From Zootoca vivipara (lineage: Eukaryota), in the NCBI RefSeq assembly GCF_963506605.1, contig NC_083287.1, positions 57,660,001 to 57,724,000 of the forward strand: a stretch of 64,000 bases of DNA, written 5' to 3'. Positions 1 through 11,200 of the stretch are shown here, piece after piece (position 1 is the stretch's first letter; every line of letters starts with the position of its first letter). A program made the translations under genes and the position numbers. Under the pieces are notes generated by a model. The model did no database searches. It saw nothing but the letters and a program-made list of their open reading frames with translations, and had not been told where the DNA came from.

Positions 1-392
1 AACCACAGCTAAAGGATCTCTGACAGGCGGCCATCCAACCACCAACAAAGGAGAGTCCAGCAGCTTCTGAGTGCGTCTGTTCTACCGTCAAACGGCTCTT
101 AGCGTCAGAAAGGTCATCTTAATATTTAGCCAGAATCTCCTTGTTATTTGAACCTGTCCTCTGGGGCAGCAGAAAACAAGCTTTCTCGCTCCTCCATGTG
201 ATATTTAGAGATGTTGAAGGCTGCCGAAAAGATATCTTGGGCCCTCGGCAATGACTTTTAAAAAACAACAACAGCTTTTATCCTATTTAGATACCATTTT
301 ATCATTATTTAACATCATTTATTTTTGTCTCGGCAGACTAATGGCAATTGGTTGGTTTGAGCTTTCATACAGAGGTGCCTGGTGTCTGAATT

Positions 393-1024
393 CATAGAAT
401 CATAGAATCATAGAGTTGGAAGAAACCACAAGGGCCATCCAGTCCAACCCCCTGCCAAGCAGGAAACACCATCAAAGCATTCTTGACATATGGCTGTCAA
501 GCCTCTGCTTAAAGACCTCCAAAGAAGGAGACTCCACCACACTTCTTGGCAGCAAATTCCACTGTCGAACAGCTCTTACTGTCAGGAAGTTCTTCCTAAT
601 GTTTAGGTGGAATCTTCTTTCTTGTAGTTTGAATCCATTGCTCCGTGCCCGCTTCTCTGGAGCAGCAGAAAACAACCTTTCTCCCTCCTCTATAGGACAT
701 CCTTTTATATATTTGAACATGGCTATCATATCACCCCTTAACCTTCTCTTCTCCAGGCTAAACATACCCAGCTCCCTAAGCCATTCTTCATAAGGCACCG
801 TTTCCAGGCCTTTGACCATTTTGGTTTCCCTCCTCTGGACACGTTCCAGCTTGTCAGTATCCTTCTTGAACTGTGGTGCCCAGAACTGGACACAGTACTC
901 CAGGTGAGGTCTGACCAGAGCAGAATACAGTGGTACTATTACTTCCCTCGATCTAGACGCTATACTCCTATTGATGCAGCCCAGAATTGCATTGGCTTTT
1001 TTAGCTGCTGAATCACACTGTTGC
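393..1024 (-). mobile_element. CR1 LINE, 5'-truncated 3' fragment (ORF2 C-terminus + 3' UTR)
   Basis: ORF 472..1041 has the CR1 ORF2 C-terminal motifs ([19 protein letters not shown]...RLRGDMI...WNLLP). Octamer tail (ATTCTATG)n on the minus strand at ~393-415. Confidence 0.95.
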
Positions 1025-1244
1025 CTGCTGGTGCCCAACATTTTTTTTAATGCTGAGTTGGATTTGAATTGTTGCTGGGTTGGTGCCCCTTTGCTTTATT
1101 GGTGATTTGTTGTGTTGGTTGTGTTTTTCAGTTATGTTTCATATGACCACTGCATGCCACCTCGAGAATGCATTGTCGACGAGGCGGTCGATAAATGCAA
1201 CTAACGGAAAACAAATGCGGGCTACAGGAACTGAAGCTGATCAC

Positions 1245-1358
1245 TTACCACTCTTCCGGGAGCCCCTTGAGAAATGCAAATTGTCCGATGTGGTAGCGCT
1301 GCTCCTCATATGCCTCTTTGACTGCCTCACATTCCTGATTCTGCTTCCTCCTCACTTC
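1245..1358 (-). CDS. RARRES2: Chemerin (RARRES2) last coding exon: EVRRKQNQECEAVKEAYEEQRYHIGQFAFLKGLPEE(W*)
   Basis: Acceptor ...tcccatag|GAA at 1358, phase 0. Contains the sixth Cys and a chemerin-9-like YHIGQFAFL (human YFPGQFAFS). Stop TAA at 1247-1245 overlaps a GTAAGT donor. Not in the ORF track; translated manually. Confidence 0.9.
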   Translation of the reverse strand, partial: EVRRKQNQECEAVKEAYEEQRYHIGQFAFLKGLPEEW

Positions 1359-1543
1359 CTATGGGACATTCAGAAGGGAAAAGGTGGGCCATGAGCTCCT
1401 GAGTCAGGGCTTCCCAAACTTTTGGGGGTTACCTGCTCCTTGGTTCCAGAAACTCACGCCCAGTGCCCCCTACTCAATAAAAGGCATTGCTCAGAATAGC
1501 GGTATCCACCAAGGGAGATAATAACACCCTAAGATTCAAAATA

Positions 1544-1906
1544 AAAAGGTAAAGGGGCCCCTGACCATCAGGTCCAGTTGTGTCCGACCCTGGGGTTGCG
1601 GCGCTCATCTCGCTCTATAGGCCGAGGGAGCCGGCGTTTGTCCGCAGACAGCTTCCGGGTCATGTGGCCAGCATGACAAAGCCGCTTCTGGCGAACCAGA
1701 GCAGCGCACGGAAACGCCGTTTACCTTCCCGCCAGAGCGGTCCCTATTTATCTACTTGCACTTTGGTGTGCTTTCGAACTGCTAGGTTGGCAGGAGCTGG
1801 GACCGAGCAACGTGAGCTCACCCCGTCGCAGGGATTCGAACCGCCGACCTTCTGATCAGCAAGCCCTAGACTCTGTGGTTTACCCCACAGCGCCACCTGG
1901 GTCCCT
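1544..1906 (-). mobile_element. Sauria SINE, full length with target-site duplication
   Basis: tRNA-like head with B box (GGTTCGAATCC on minus) and (ACCTTT) tail. TSD taagattcaaaata at 1530-1543 and 1907-1920. Confidence 0.92.
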
Positions 1907-2008
1907 TAAGATTCAAAATAGTAACAATTAATTACAGATTTATTCAAAATCAGATTATTCAGAAGTCAGGTCCAGGAGCATTTCTGTCAAAGTATGAAGG
2001 TGACCCAC

Positions 2009-2113
2009 CTGGAAGATTGGGTTCTGCTCTGAGAGGCACCTCTTGGACTCGTCCAAAATGTTATGAGGGTCACTGGAGTTAAACTTGAAGCAAGCCAGGC
2101 ACTTCTGTTTCCT
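2009..2113 (-). CDS. RARRES2: Chemerin coding exon 3: RKQKCLACFKFNSSDPHNILDESKRCLSEQNPIFQ
   Basis: cag|AGG acceptor and CAG|gtgggt donor, 105 nt, phase 0/0. RKxKCLACxK matches chemerin RKRKCLACIK. Confidence 0.92.
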
Positions 2114-2659
2114 CTGGGCAGAGAAAAGAAAGGAAAAGGAATGAGGTCTGTTTTCACAAGAGAGGCCCAAATAAGGTTTCGGTTTGCTCCCAAACTATAA
2201 CACCAGCAACACACCCCAAAACTGCAAAGGCTGCTTTTGCAAGAATATCGCTGCAGCTTGCTTTCTGAAATGTGTCTCCAATCGTGCCCTCGGAAGGGGG
2301 TTATAATGCCTGTAAATTCCACCCAAAGAGGAGCAGCGATTTTAAAACAATTGGACACAATGGTGAAGCGGGAGGCACAAAGCTTCGATTCGCCCTGAAT
2401 CGGAATCTGGATTCAGACTCAAAGCAAACAGGGCTGCGTCTTAACCTGTCCAATCTGAACCCGGCTGGTTTTTCGAAGTGCTGGATCAGGATCCAAAATG
2501 AACCTTGTTGTACGGCTGGTATTTATCTCCAGTAAAGTTAGCAAAAATGTATAAGAATTTATCCAATGTATGCTGGAAGTGTAAAGATAAAGTGGGTACA
2601 TCTTATCATATGTGGTGGTTGTGCAAAAAGGTAACAGGTTTCTGGGAAATTATTTATAA

Positions 2660-3287
2660 CTAGTGTCTTGAAGCCCGTTAAAATAATGGGTGCTAGAACA
2701 GTGAGCTAAGGAAGGAAGGAAGGAAGAAAAGAGGGAGCAGGAGGGAGAGAGGAAGGAAAGAGGGGAGAGAAAGAAGAGTAGGAAAGAAGGAAGGGAATAA
2801 AGAAGGAAAGAAAAAGAAAGAGGGAGAGAAGACAGAAAGGGAGAAGGAAGGAAGGAAGGAGCAGGAGGGAGAGAGGAAGGAAAGAGGGGAGAGAAAGAAG
2901 AGTAGGAANNNNNNNNNNNNNNNNNNNNNNNNNNNNNNNNNNNNNNNNNNNNNNNNNNNNNNNNNNNNNNNNNNNNNNNNNNNNNNNNNNNNNNNNNNNN
3001 NNNNNNNNNNNNNNNNNNNNNNNNNNNNNNNNNNNNNNNNNNNNNNNNNNNNNNNAGGGAGAGGAAGAAAGATGGGAAGGATGGAAGGGGGAAGCCGTTG
3101 AGGGAGAGAGAACCGCATTCTCCCCCCCCCCCCGCTCGAGGGCGCGAGTGAGTGCGCGGGGATGGGGAGTGTGCGGGGACTCTGTGTGCGTCCAGTCCCT
3201 GTGCCTGTGGGGCATATGCGCAGTAGCACAAACCCAGGGACACAGGGAATACTGGATGCAGAGACACTTGCACTTTATTATATAGGA
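2660..3287 (-). mobile_element. Non-autonomous Helitron (copy 1) with purine-rich tandem-repeat interior
   Basis: Minus strand 5'-TC(CTATATAATAA)...GCACCCATTATTTTAACGGGC hairpin...CTAG-3', inserted between A and T with no TSD. Removing it restores the L1 reading frame. Confidence 0.88.
2909..3055. other. Assembly gap (147 N) within GA-rich tandem repeat
   Basis: Run of N flanked by (GGAA/GAGA)-rich repeats. Confidence 0.99.
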
Positions 3288-4475
3288 TGAATTGAAGAAA
3301 ATGTTTAAGATAACTTTTGTTAAAAAACAGAGGCCTTTATATTAGGAATAGCAGGTGAAGACATACCAAGAAATGTTAAAAGACTATTTATGTATGCAAC
3401 TACAGCCGCCAGGATGCTACTTGCCCAGAAATGGAAAGAAGAGAAAGTAGCAATGAAGGAGGAATGGATAACTAAGATGATAGACCATGCCGAAATGGCA
3501 AAGATGACTGTGAAAATCCGGGACCAAGATGAAAAAAAAGTTTACACAAGACTGGATTAAATTTATAGAATATCTTAAGGTTCATTGTAAAGACTTAAAA
3601 ACATTAGCAGGATTTATATAGCATCTATGAAGCAATGTGAATTGTGGTTATCAAGGGACTTGTAACTGAATGGAAAACTAAGGATGTGTAAGGTAACAGA
3701 GGGGAGAAATTGGAAACGGCGGTGGGGAGTCTAGAAGGGATGAATAAGTAATTAATTTGAATGTTAAATTGTTAAATTATTGAGAATTGAAAATAAAATA
3801 TGAAAAAAACAAAATGAACCTTGTGGTCAGTGTACTTGCTTACTAAAAACATTGAACGTTCCTAAGAGAAGCTCATGCCTCCTCAAATCCTTTTGCTTTG
3901 TGACTCTTGTTCTACAGGGGCTAGCCCAGCTTTCACCAACCTGGAACCCTCTGGTTTTAAACTACAACTCCCAGCCAGACCAGCATAACATAAGCATAAC
4001 AACACAGCATAACCGGACCCTTGGGCTCCCTTCGAACTCTACAATTCTATGATTCTATGAACAGTAACAGAAGAACATACGTCAGGTCTGCTGCATCTGG
4101 CCAGGGGCCCATGTGATCCAGCATCCTGTTCTCAGAGTGGCCAACCGGGTGCTCAGAATCATGGCTAGTAGCCTTCAAGAGATCTCTCCTCCTCCATGAA
4201 TTTGTCTAATCCTCTTTTAAAGCCACCCAGGTTGGTGGCCGTCGCTGCCTCCTGTGGCATTGAGTTCCACAGTTTAACAATGCGCTGTGCAAATGAGAGA
4301 AGCTGACCACATAACTTGCTCACTGTGGGGGGGAGCCTCATAAGGATCTCACTTTGGGTTCCTCCTCTGTAGGCTTCCTGCCTCTTTGTTTATGATGTTT
4401 TAGACTTTGAATTAATTTTAAAAGGCATAGAGAGTTCAGCTTGGCGGTGGATAAATTAGCACGTTCCTGGCTCAC

Positions 4476-4580
4476 CCCGCCTGGCTTGATCCGGCAGTTT
4501 TGCATCCCTCGCTGCTGCTTCCGGCAGAGGGTCTGCACAAGGTCAACTTCCAGCTGGACATAGGTTCCCCTTGGGAATTC
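4476..4580 (-). CDS. RARRES2: Chemerin coding exon 2: EFPRGTYVQLEVDLVQTLCRKQQRGMQNCRIKPGG
   Basis: cag|GAA acceptor and GGG|gtgagc donor, 105 nt, phase 0/0. Matches human PFPAGIFVRLEFKLQQTSCRKRDWKKPECKVRPNG. Confidence 0.93.
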
Positions 4581-6023
4581 CTGCAACCAAAGAAAGCCGA
4601 GCTCAATGTGGGAAATAACTCCTTGCCAAACTAGAACGAGAGGAGTTCCCCAGTGGAGAATCGCCTTCCATGGGAGCGTGACAAGGGCAATCAAGGGTCT
4701 GGAGGAACGGTGGAGGAACTTGGGGATGTTTAAATGATGCATTCAAATGAGAAGAAAGGAGGTCCCCACTAAACATCAGGAAGAACTTTCTGACAGTAAG
4801 AGCTGTTCAACAGTGGGACGGTCTAGGTGGAGACTCCTTCCTTGGAGGGAGCCATTGCTTCGAGTCCTACCCTCCAGAGCAGAGGAAATAAGTTTGCTTC
4901 ATCTTCCACATGACAGCCCTTGAGCTATGGCTCTCATATCTCCTCTCAGCCTCCTCTTTTCCAGGCTAAACATACCCAGATCCTTCAACTGTTCCTCATA
5001 AGGCATGGTTTGCCTTGACCGTGAACAATAAATAAAACATCAAAGAATACACAACCAGACTGAACAGTTTTCACATCGAAAAGGGACCAACAAAATTACA
5101 GTAATATTGATAACAGCAACAGCTTCAGTGCCCCGACAAAAAACCCCTAAGCAATAACACAGCCAATGAGTCTGTGTTTTATAGCTGCAGCCCAGGTCCC
5201 ACCCTCCCAGGCCAGGTGGGAAGAGGCCTGCCGAGGGGGGGCAAGCTTGTTTTCTGCTGCTCCAGAAGGGAGGACCTAAACCGATGGATTCAATGACAAG
5301 AAAGGAGATTCTGACTCAACAACAGGGAGAACTCTCTCACGGCAAGAGCTGTTGGACAGCAGAATGGACCTCCTTCAGAAGGTGGTGGACTTGCCTTCCT
5401 TGGAGTCTTCTAAGCAGAGGTCAGACGGCCGTCTGCCAGGACTTCTTCAGCTGTGATTCCTGCCTTGCAGCGGGTTGCGCCAAATGACCCGCGGACGTCC
5501 CTTCCTGCTCTCCGGTTCTAGAATCCTGTGATTCTAGAGTGATCAGTAGAACTCTGATAATCTAGGAAGCAGGGATCCAATCCCAGACTTGCAGAAGGAG
5601 AAGCAGAGTCTTGGGACCCCCTTAAGTTGAATGCACATCCTGCAACCTTTCTCCGAGGAAACCAGGGACACCCTCCAAAATTCTCTGATGAAAATAGGGG
5701 CATCCTATTCTATACCTTCCAACATATCTTCGATGAAAATAGGGATGTCCTAAGGAAAAGCAGGACATTCCGGGACTCAGAAACTGGGACAGCTTCTGTA
5801 AATCAGACTGTCGCTGGAAAACAAGGACACTTGGAGGGTCTGCTAACATCCCCAGCTTATCCAGCAAATTGGGAAGTTCATTCCCTGTCACTATTTCACA
5901 CAGCGGGCAAGTTTTATTGGGCATAGGTGGGTGGCAGTCTGTGGTGCTTTGTTATATGGGGTGACGATCCTCTGCCTCCCCCTCCGGCCCCATGCACGCT
6001 CCCCCCTCCCATGTCCCGCTCAC

Positions 6024-6188
6024 CGTCTCCGTGACGTGGGTCACGGCTTGCTCCTTGAACGTCGCCTGCACGAGGTCCCTGCTGTGGAAGAAATCTAGCA
6101 CCAGCTCCAGAGCCCTTTGCTGGAGGGGCGACCGGTTGGCATCCGCCAGGACCAGGAGGCCCAAGCACAGCACTAGAAGCCCCTTCAT
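6024..6188 (-). CDS. RARRES2: Chemerin first coding exon, signal peptide MKGLLVLCLGLLVLADA + NRSPLQQRALELVLDFFHSRDLVQATFKEQAVTHVTET
   Basis: ATG at 6188, hydrophobic signal peptide, ACG|gtgagc donor. Resembles human QRRGLQVALEEFHKHPPVQWAFQE. Confidence 0.93.
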
Positions 6189-7584
6189 CCCCCTTGCCCG
6201 CGTCCCCAGTGGATCTGTTGCCCACACCCTGCCCTTGAGAACTCCCCTGCCGGTCTGTTGATCTTGGTCGGTCATTAACTTGTTCCCATGAGAGCTGCCC
6301 CAGACGCAGGCCCCCTCGCCTGCCCTCTGCCCTCTCCTGTGGCTGTTTGTTGGCTGATGCCCGGGAGATGAAAGGGAGGGGTGGGTAAAGGGCACCCATG
6401 CAGGGAAACAACAGGAGGAGGGGTCCCTTTGGCCACCCCTCCCAACTGGCTGCCAAAGATGCGGGGTGTTTTTCTCAGGTCTGCTTTCCCTTTGGGGCTG
6501 GCACAAGGGATGCAGGATCTCTCCTTTATGCCAGTGGCTCCCAAAGTGGGTGGTACCTGCTGCATAAGAGCATAAGAGCCTGGTGGATCAAGAAGAATGC
6601 TTTTAGCAGGTGCCAGAAAGAGCACAGAGAATTCAGAGGAGGCGCCTACCTGGTATCAATAGGCAGGGAGTTCCCAAAGTGCGTGTCGAGTTTGTGTCTA
6701 CATGCATGCAGGCAAATTGGTCCCATGTTTTAAAGGGCTTTGTAGACTTATTGCCACACCTTGATCCTGGCCCGGTAGCAAATCAGCGACCAGTGCAGAT
6801 CTTTGATTTCAATTTTCTGTTTTACAATTTAGAATATTCATTTAAACAACCTTAAAATATCAATGACTTCCCTTCTTCTCTTTCCTTGGTTCATTTTGCA
6901 TATCATTGCTACGGCACATTTTACATAAACTAAACCATTCAGCATTCCATTATAGTATTACATCCATTAAAACTAATTTACACTGCTGAATTTATCCAGG
7001 TTGTTTCCCCTGAAACAGCTCTGATGGACAATATTGATATTAGAGATTTGGCCTTTCCCATTCCACCTGCCACTTCGTTGTCGCCCCCACTGATCCCAGT
7101 GTTTGATCTACAAAGTCCACAGCTTTCACTCCAGGAACACATAAGCAAACAGAAACGTCTGGAGCCTTGCAGTTTCCCAACATCTGCTGGGCAGCCGCCT
7201 CTTTCATGAACCTGGCATTTTGGTGGTCAAGTTGCTGGTGGCCAGTTTGGTCCCCTTCCTAGCCAGAGAAGCCAGGATGGCAGTGACAAAGCCAAAAGCA
7301 GGTTTGTTCATATTTTAAAGTGGGGAATGGCTTCAATGATTCATGCATGCTGGTATTTAGAATGCACAAGTTTTGCTGGCTATGTTCTATTAAAATGTTT
7401 GTGGAAAACATAAAAGGTTAGTACATTTTGTGCAAGAACAGCATGCAGGATCAGGCCAGTGGTCTATCCAGTCCAGTATCCTCTTCGGAACCAGAGTGGG
7501 AAACTCTAAAGCTGGTGGAATTACCCAGTGGGGTGCTATTAAGTGGGGGGAGGGAGTGGGGCTCTGGAGGTGTAAATACTGTAA

Positions 7585-8785
7585 CTTCTTCTTTGGCAAT
7601 CACTCGTAGCTGAGTAAGATTGTCTTCCACAAACAAGGTTTTAACAGTGCGTCGGTAAGTGATGGTGGAGGCCGATTCTGGATCCACATGTCCTTCCACA
7701 GTGGGGGACATAGGTTTCCGGGTGGGAGTTGATCATGGTGAGGGTTTGCTAACTGTGCCTTCCTCTTAGTGCGTTTCTCCCTTTTGTCCCGGGTTCGAGT
7801 GTCTTCAAAGCCCATGACACCTTTGGTAAAGGCTGTTCTCCAACTGAATCATAGAGTTGGAAGAGACCACAAGGGCCATCCAGTCCAACCCCCTGCCAAG
7901 CAGGAAACACCATCAAAGCATTCCTGACATATGCCTGTCAAGCCTCTGCTTAAAGACCTCCAAAGAAGGAGACTCCACCACACTTCTTGGCAGCAAATTC
8001 CACTGTCGAAGAGCTCTTACTGTCAGGAAGATCTTCCTAATGTTTAGGTGGAATCTTCTTTCTTGTAGTTTGAATCCATTGCTCCGTGTCCGCTTCTCTG
8101 GAGCAGCAGAAAACAACCTTTCTTCCTCCTCTATATGACATCCTTTTATATATTTGAACATGGCTATCATATCACCCCTTAACCTTCTCTTCTCCAGGCT
8201 AAACATACCCAGCTCCCTAAGCCGTTCCTCATAAGGCATCGTTTCCAGGCCTTTGACCATTTCGGTTGCCCTCCTCTGGACACGTTCCAGCTTGTCAGTA
8301 TCCTTCTTGAACTGTGGTGCCCAGAACTGGACACAGTACTCCAGGTGAGGTCTGACCAAAGCAGAATACAGTGGTCCTATTACTTCCCTTGATCTAGATG
8401 CTATACTCCTATTGATGCAGCCCAGAATTGGTATTTAGTATTTCAGTAATAATTTAGTCTGACCAGAGCAGAATACCTGTACTGGAGCGCTTGCAGGCCA
8501 GTGTTTCCCAGTTGTCGATGTTTTTTAAAGATTTGCCTTGAGGCAGTCTTTAAACCTCTTTTGTTGACCACCAGCATTACGCTTTCAATTTTTAAGTTTT
8601 AATTAGAGTAATTGCTTTGGAAGACGATCATCAGGCATCTGAACAACATGACCAGTCCAACAAAGTGGATGTTGAAGAATCATTGCTTGAACACGGGTGA
8701 TCTTTGCTTCTTCCAGTATACTGACTTTAGTTCGCCTGTCTTCCCAGGTGATGTGTAAATTTTTTTCGGAGACACCGTTGATGGA
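7585..8785 (-). mobile_element. RTE-clade LINE 3' fragment, interrupted by CR1
   Basis: Minus-strand RT C-terminal remnants (QKRFKDCLKANL, NWETLACKRS, KGVMGFEDTR...) and a (GAA)n tail at ~7585. The halves join at ...ttctccaact|ggagcgc... once the CR1 is removed. Confidence 0.75.
7846..8430 (-). mobile_element. CR1 LINE 3' fragment nested in RTE
   Basis: ORF 7913..8359 is nearly identical to the CR1 at 393-1024. Confidence 0.95.
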
Positions 8786-9346
8786 ATTTTGCTGAACTGA
8801 TTGAACTAAATAGTTTTAACTGGATTTTGAATAAATGTGCAATTAATTGTTATTGTGTTGTCATCTTCCTTCGTGGGGCGTGCAAACTGCTGTTCTGAAT
8901 AATGCTTTTTAACAGAGTGGGGGCCCAGGAGATGAGTTTATGGTACTGTTATAAAATCATATTGGGGGGGGGGTTGCAGGACACCATTATTAATGAACAG
9001 AGAGGGGTGACAGAATTTGACAGCTGCAATACCCAGAATCCTGTTCAATGCCATCTTCCCTGTCTCCCCACCCCTCCCGCTAGGACACGACCCTGCCTGA
9101 AGGAAGGCTTAAGGATCTGCATATGCACAACAGTTAGCATAAACTCACACATTTCCCCTCTCCACCTCCCCTCTGCCCAGAACAAAACAATGTTTCCAGA
9201 AGGAGGGGGGGGGGAAACCGCCCAAATCCAAGGTGACACTTTTCTACTCAAGTTAATAATACAGCCTATTATATGTTCTCTTACCATGAAATCTCTATCC
9301 GCTGCCTCTGTATTAGAATTGCTGTTTTATATCTTAGAACTGTATA

Positions 9347-9934
9347 TGTCAGGACTGCTACCTTTTAATTAGAAATCCCTGTATTAGGTATGTTTTCCAG
9401 GTATATTTTCTGTATGAACCCTGTATGATCCCAACCCACCTGAACCTTGCCCTACTACTACCACCCTATACCCATTCAAGGACACACGGACAATAGAGGG
9501 ATTAGCTGGAACAACTTTATTCAAATAAATTGCCATCCTCAACGTAGCCCACCCTTCCATGGCCTGGAGGAAAACACCTGCCGGGCGGACTTCCACCCCA
9601 TGGAAATCGCCAGGAACTGCCCCACCTCTGCACCCATCTCGACTGATTGCCCCTCCTGCCAAACAACAGGGAGCACCATCAGCGACAGGAGAAGAGCAAT
9701 TGACATCCCGCCATCTGAAAGAAAAAGTCATCTCCCCACCCAGCTAATCCGATCGCCACCCATCCTCCTTGTCCTTCCCCTCCCTCCCAGTCCAGGGATT
9801 TTCACGCAGGGACAGGAGGGCATAAAAAGGGGCTTCACCATTTCCCGGGGTTCCTTCCTTCTTTCCAGAGGCAGGGACCCTACAGCTGTAGCTTTGCATT
9901 CTGCAATAAAGGGATCAGTTTGTTTTTCCTGACA
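9347..9934 (+). mobile_element. Probable solo LTR (~590 bp)
   Basis: Ends TGTCAGGA...TCCTGACA (8-bp terminal inverted repeat, TG...CA), TATA-like CATAAAA at ~9821 and AATAAA at ~9905. TSD only partially matches (gtata/gcatc). Confidence 0.6.
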
Positions 9935-10379
9935 GCATCGTGTGGTCTCTGTCATTTTCCCGGCGGAGCTGAACTTAGTGCAAATTTTCGAGCTTCCGAC
10001 CCGCGTCTGTCCTTAAAAGGCAACGCATTTTGGGGTACATTTTTCATAACACTACCAAGGGGCCTGTGGCCCCCGATTGTTTGGCAGCCACTGGAACTGG
10101 CACATGAGATTGCCTCCTTTCCACACCACACATCTAAAGCACATGCTGCAACCATTCAAAGCGCAGAATTTTCCCCAAAGAACTCTCGGAACTGTAGTTT
10201 CCCGTCTCACAGAGATACCATTCCCAGCACCCTTAGTAAACTACAGTTCCCAGGATTCTTTAGAAGTCATGTGGTTTAACTATCTGGTTGCGCTTGAAAC
10301 GTACGGCGTTGGCTTTGCTCCTCCTCCTTTCTCTCCTTCTCCCCAACGCAAAGGAGTTGAGGCCTTCCGATGCAGGCCT

Positions 10380-11200
10380 CAGGCACATCCCGCAGAACTA
10401 CTTTTCCCATGGTGCCCTGCGCGGAAGATCCTCTCGCGAGAGGTAAGCCGCGAAACCCGGACGCCATCGCGAGAATCCCCTCCCACGCTTCTCGGGCAAA
10501 CGGGACGGCCCCCCATTTCCTGCCTCAGCGCCCGGCGGGAACTCGCTCTCCCATGATACCGCGCGGCGGGTTACTTTCCGCCAATCTCCTTTCAGAGTCC
10601 GGGCGGGGGTAAGAAAAAAAGGGGGGGGAAAGGTCCGTGAGGAGAAGCAGGGAAGCGGAAGTGCGTGCATTGTGGAGGGCGAAAAGGGGCGGGGCTTGGG
10701 GGGAAGAGAGCGAGCGGGCCTTTCCGGTTCCTTCATCCGGGTCCTTTTTGCTCTATTAAAATAAAAAAATTATCTATACATATATATGTATATATAACAG
10801 CGCGTGAGGAGACGGCAAGAAGGAGGGGGCAAAAGGAAAAGAAAAGACGAGGCCTCGCCCCTCCGCCGCTTGACGTCATCGCGTGAGGTCACCGGGCCCG
10901 ACGATGATGCGTCGGTGACGCGGGCCTCGCGTCCGCCACGGCCGGGGACCGTCACGGTGTTGCTATGGCAACACCGCCTGCTGGGTCAGGGGGTCACCGC
11001 GCGGCCTGGTGAGCGGGGCGGGGGGGAGGGAGAAGAGGGTCGGGGGGCCGCCCTGGCGGTGGGGTGGGGGGCGAGGGAAGGGCGGGTCGGGGGGCCCCGT
11101 GGGTGAGGGGAAGGAGCAGCTCCCGAAACAGGGAGAGGCCTCGCGGATGGGGGGGGGCGCCTGAGGTGTGTGTGTGTGTGCAGGGGAAGCTCCTCCGCGG
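10380..11200 (+). promoter_or_regulatory. CpG-island promoter and first exon of zinc-finger gene 1
   Basis: ZNF143/THAP11 motif 10397-10421, TCTCGCGAGA 10432-10441, ETS GCGGAAGTG 10655-10663, GC box ~10686, CRE TGACGTCA 10871-10878, RFX X-box GTTGCTATGGCAAC 10959-10972, candidate donor ctg|gtgagc at ~11008. Confidence 0.85.

Larger units (their letters stand above)
2509..3809 (+). mobile_element. L1-clade LINE 3' fragment (ORF2 CCHC knuckle + 3' UTR), interrupted by a Helitron
   Basis: Translates CWKCKDKVGTSYHMWWLCKKVTGFWEIIY|NELKKMF...ATTAARMLLAQKWK. A-rich tail. TSD caaaatgaaccttgt at 2494-2508 and 3810-3824. Confidence 0.88.

Noticed and set aside
2650-3273. ORFs of 169-207 aa in three minus frames
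   Set aside because: They span the N gap and a pyrimidine-only repeat inside a Helitron.
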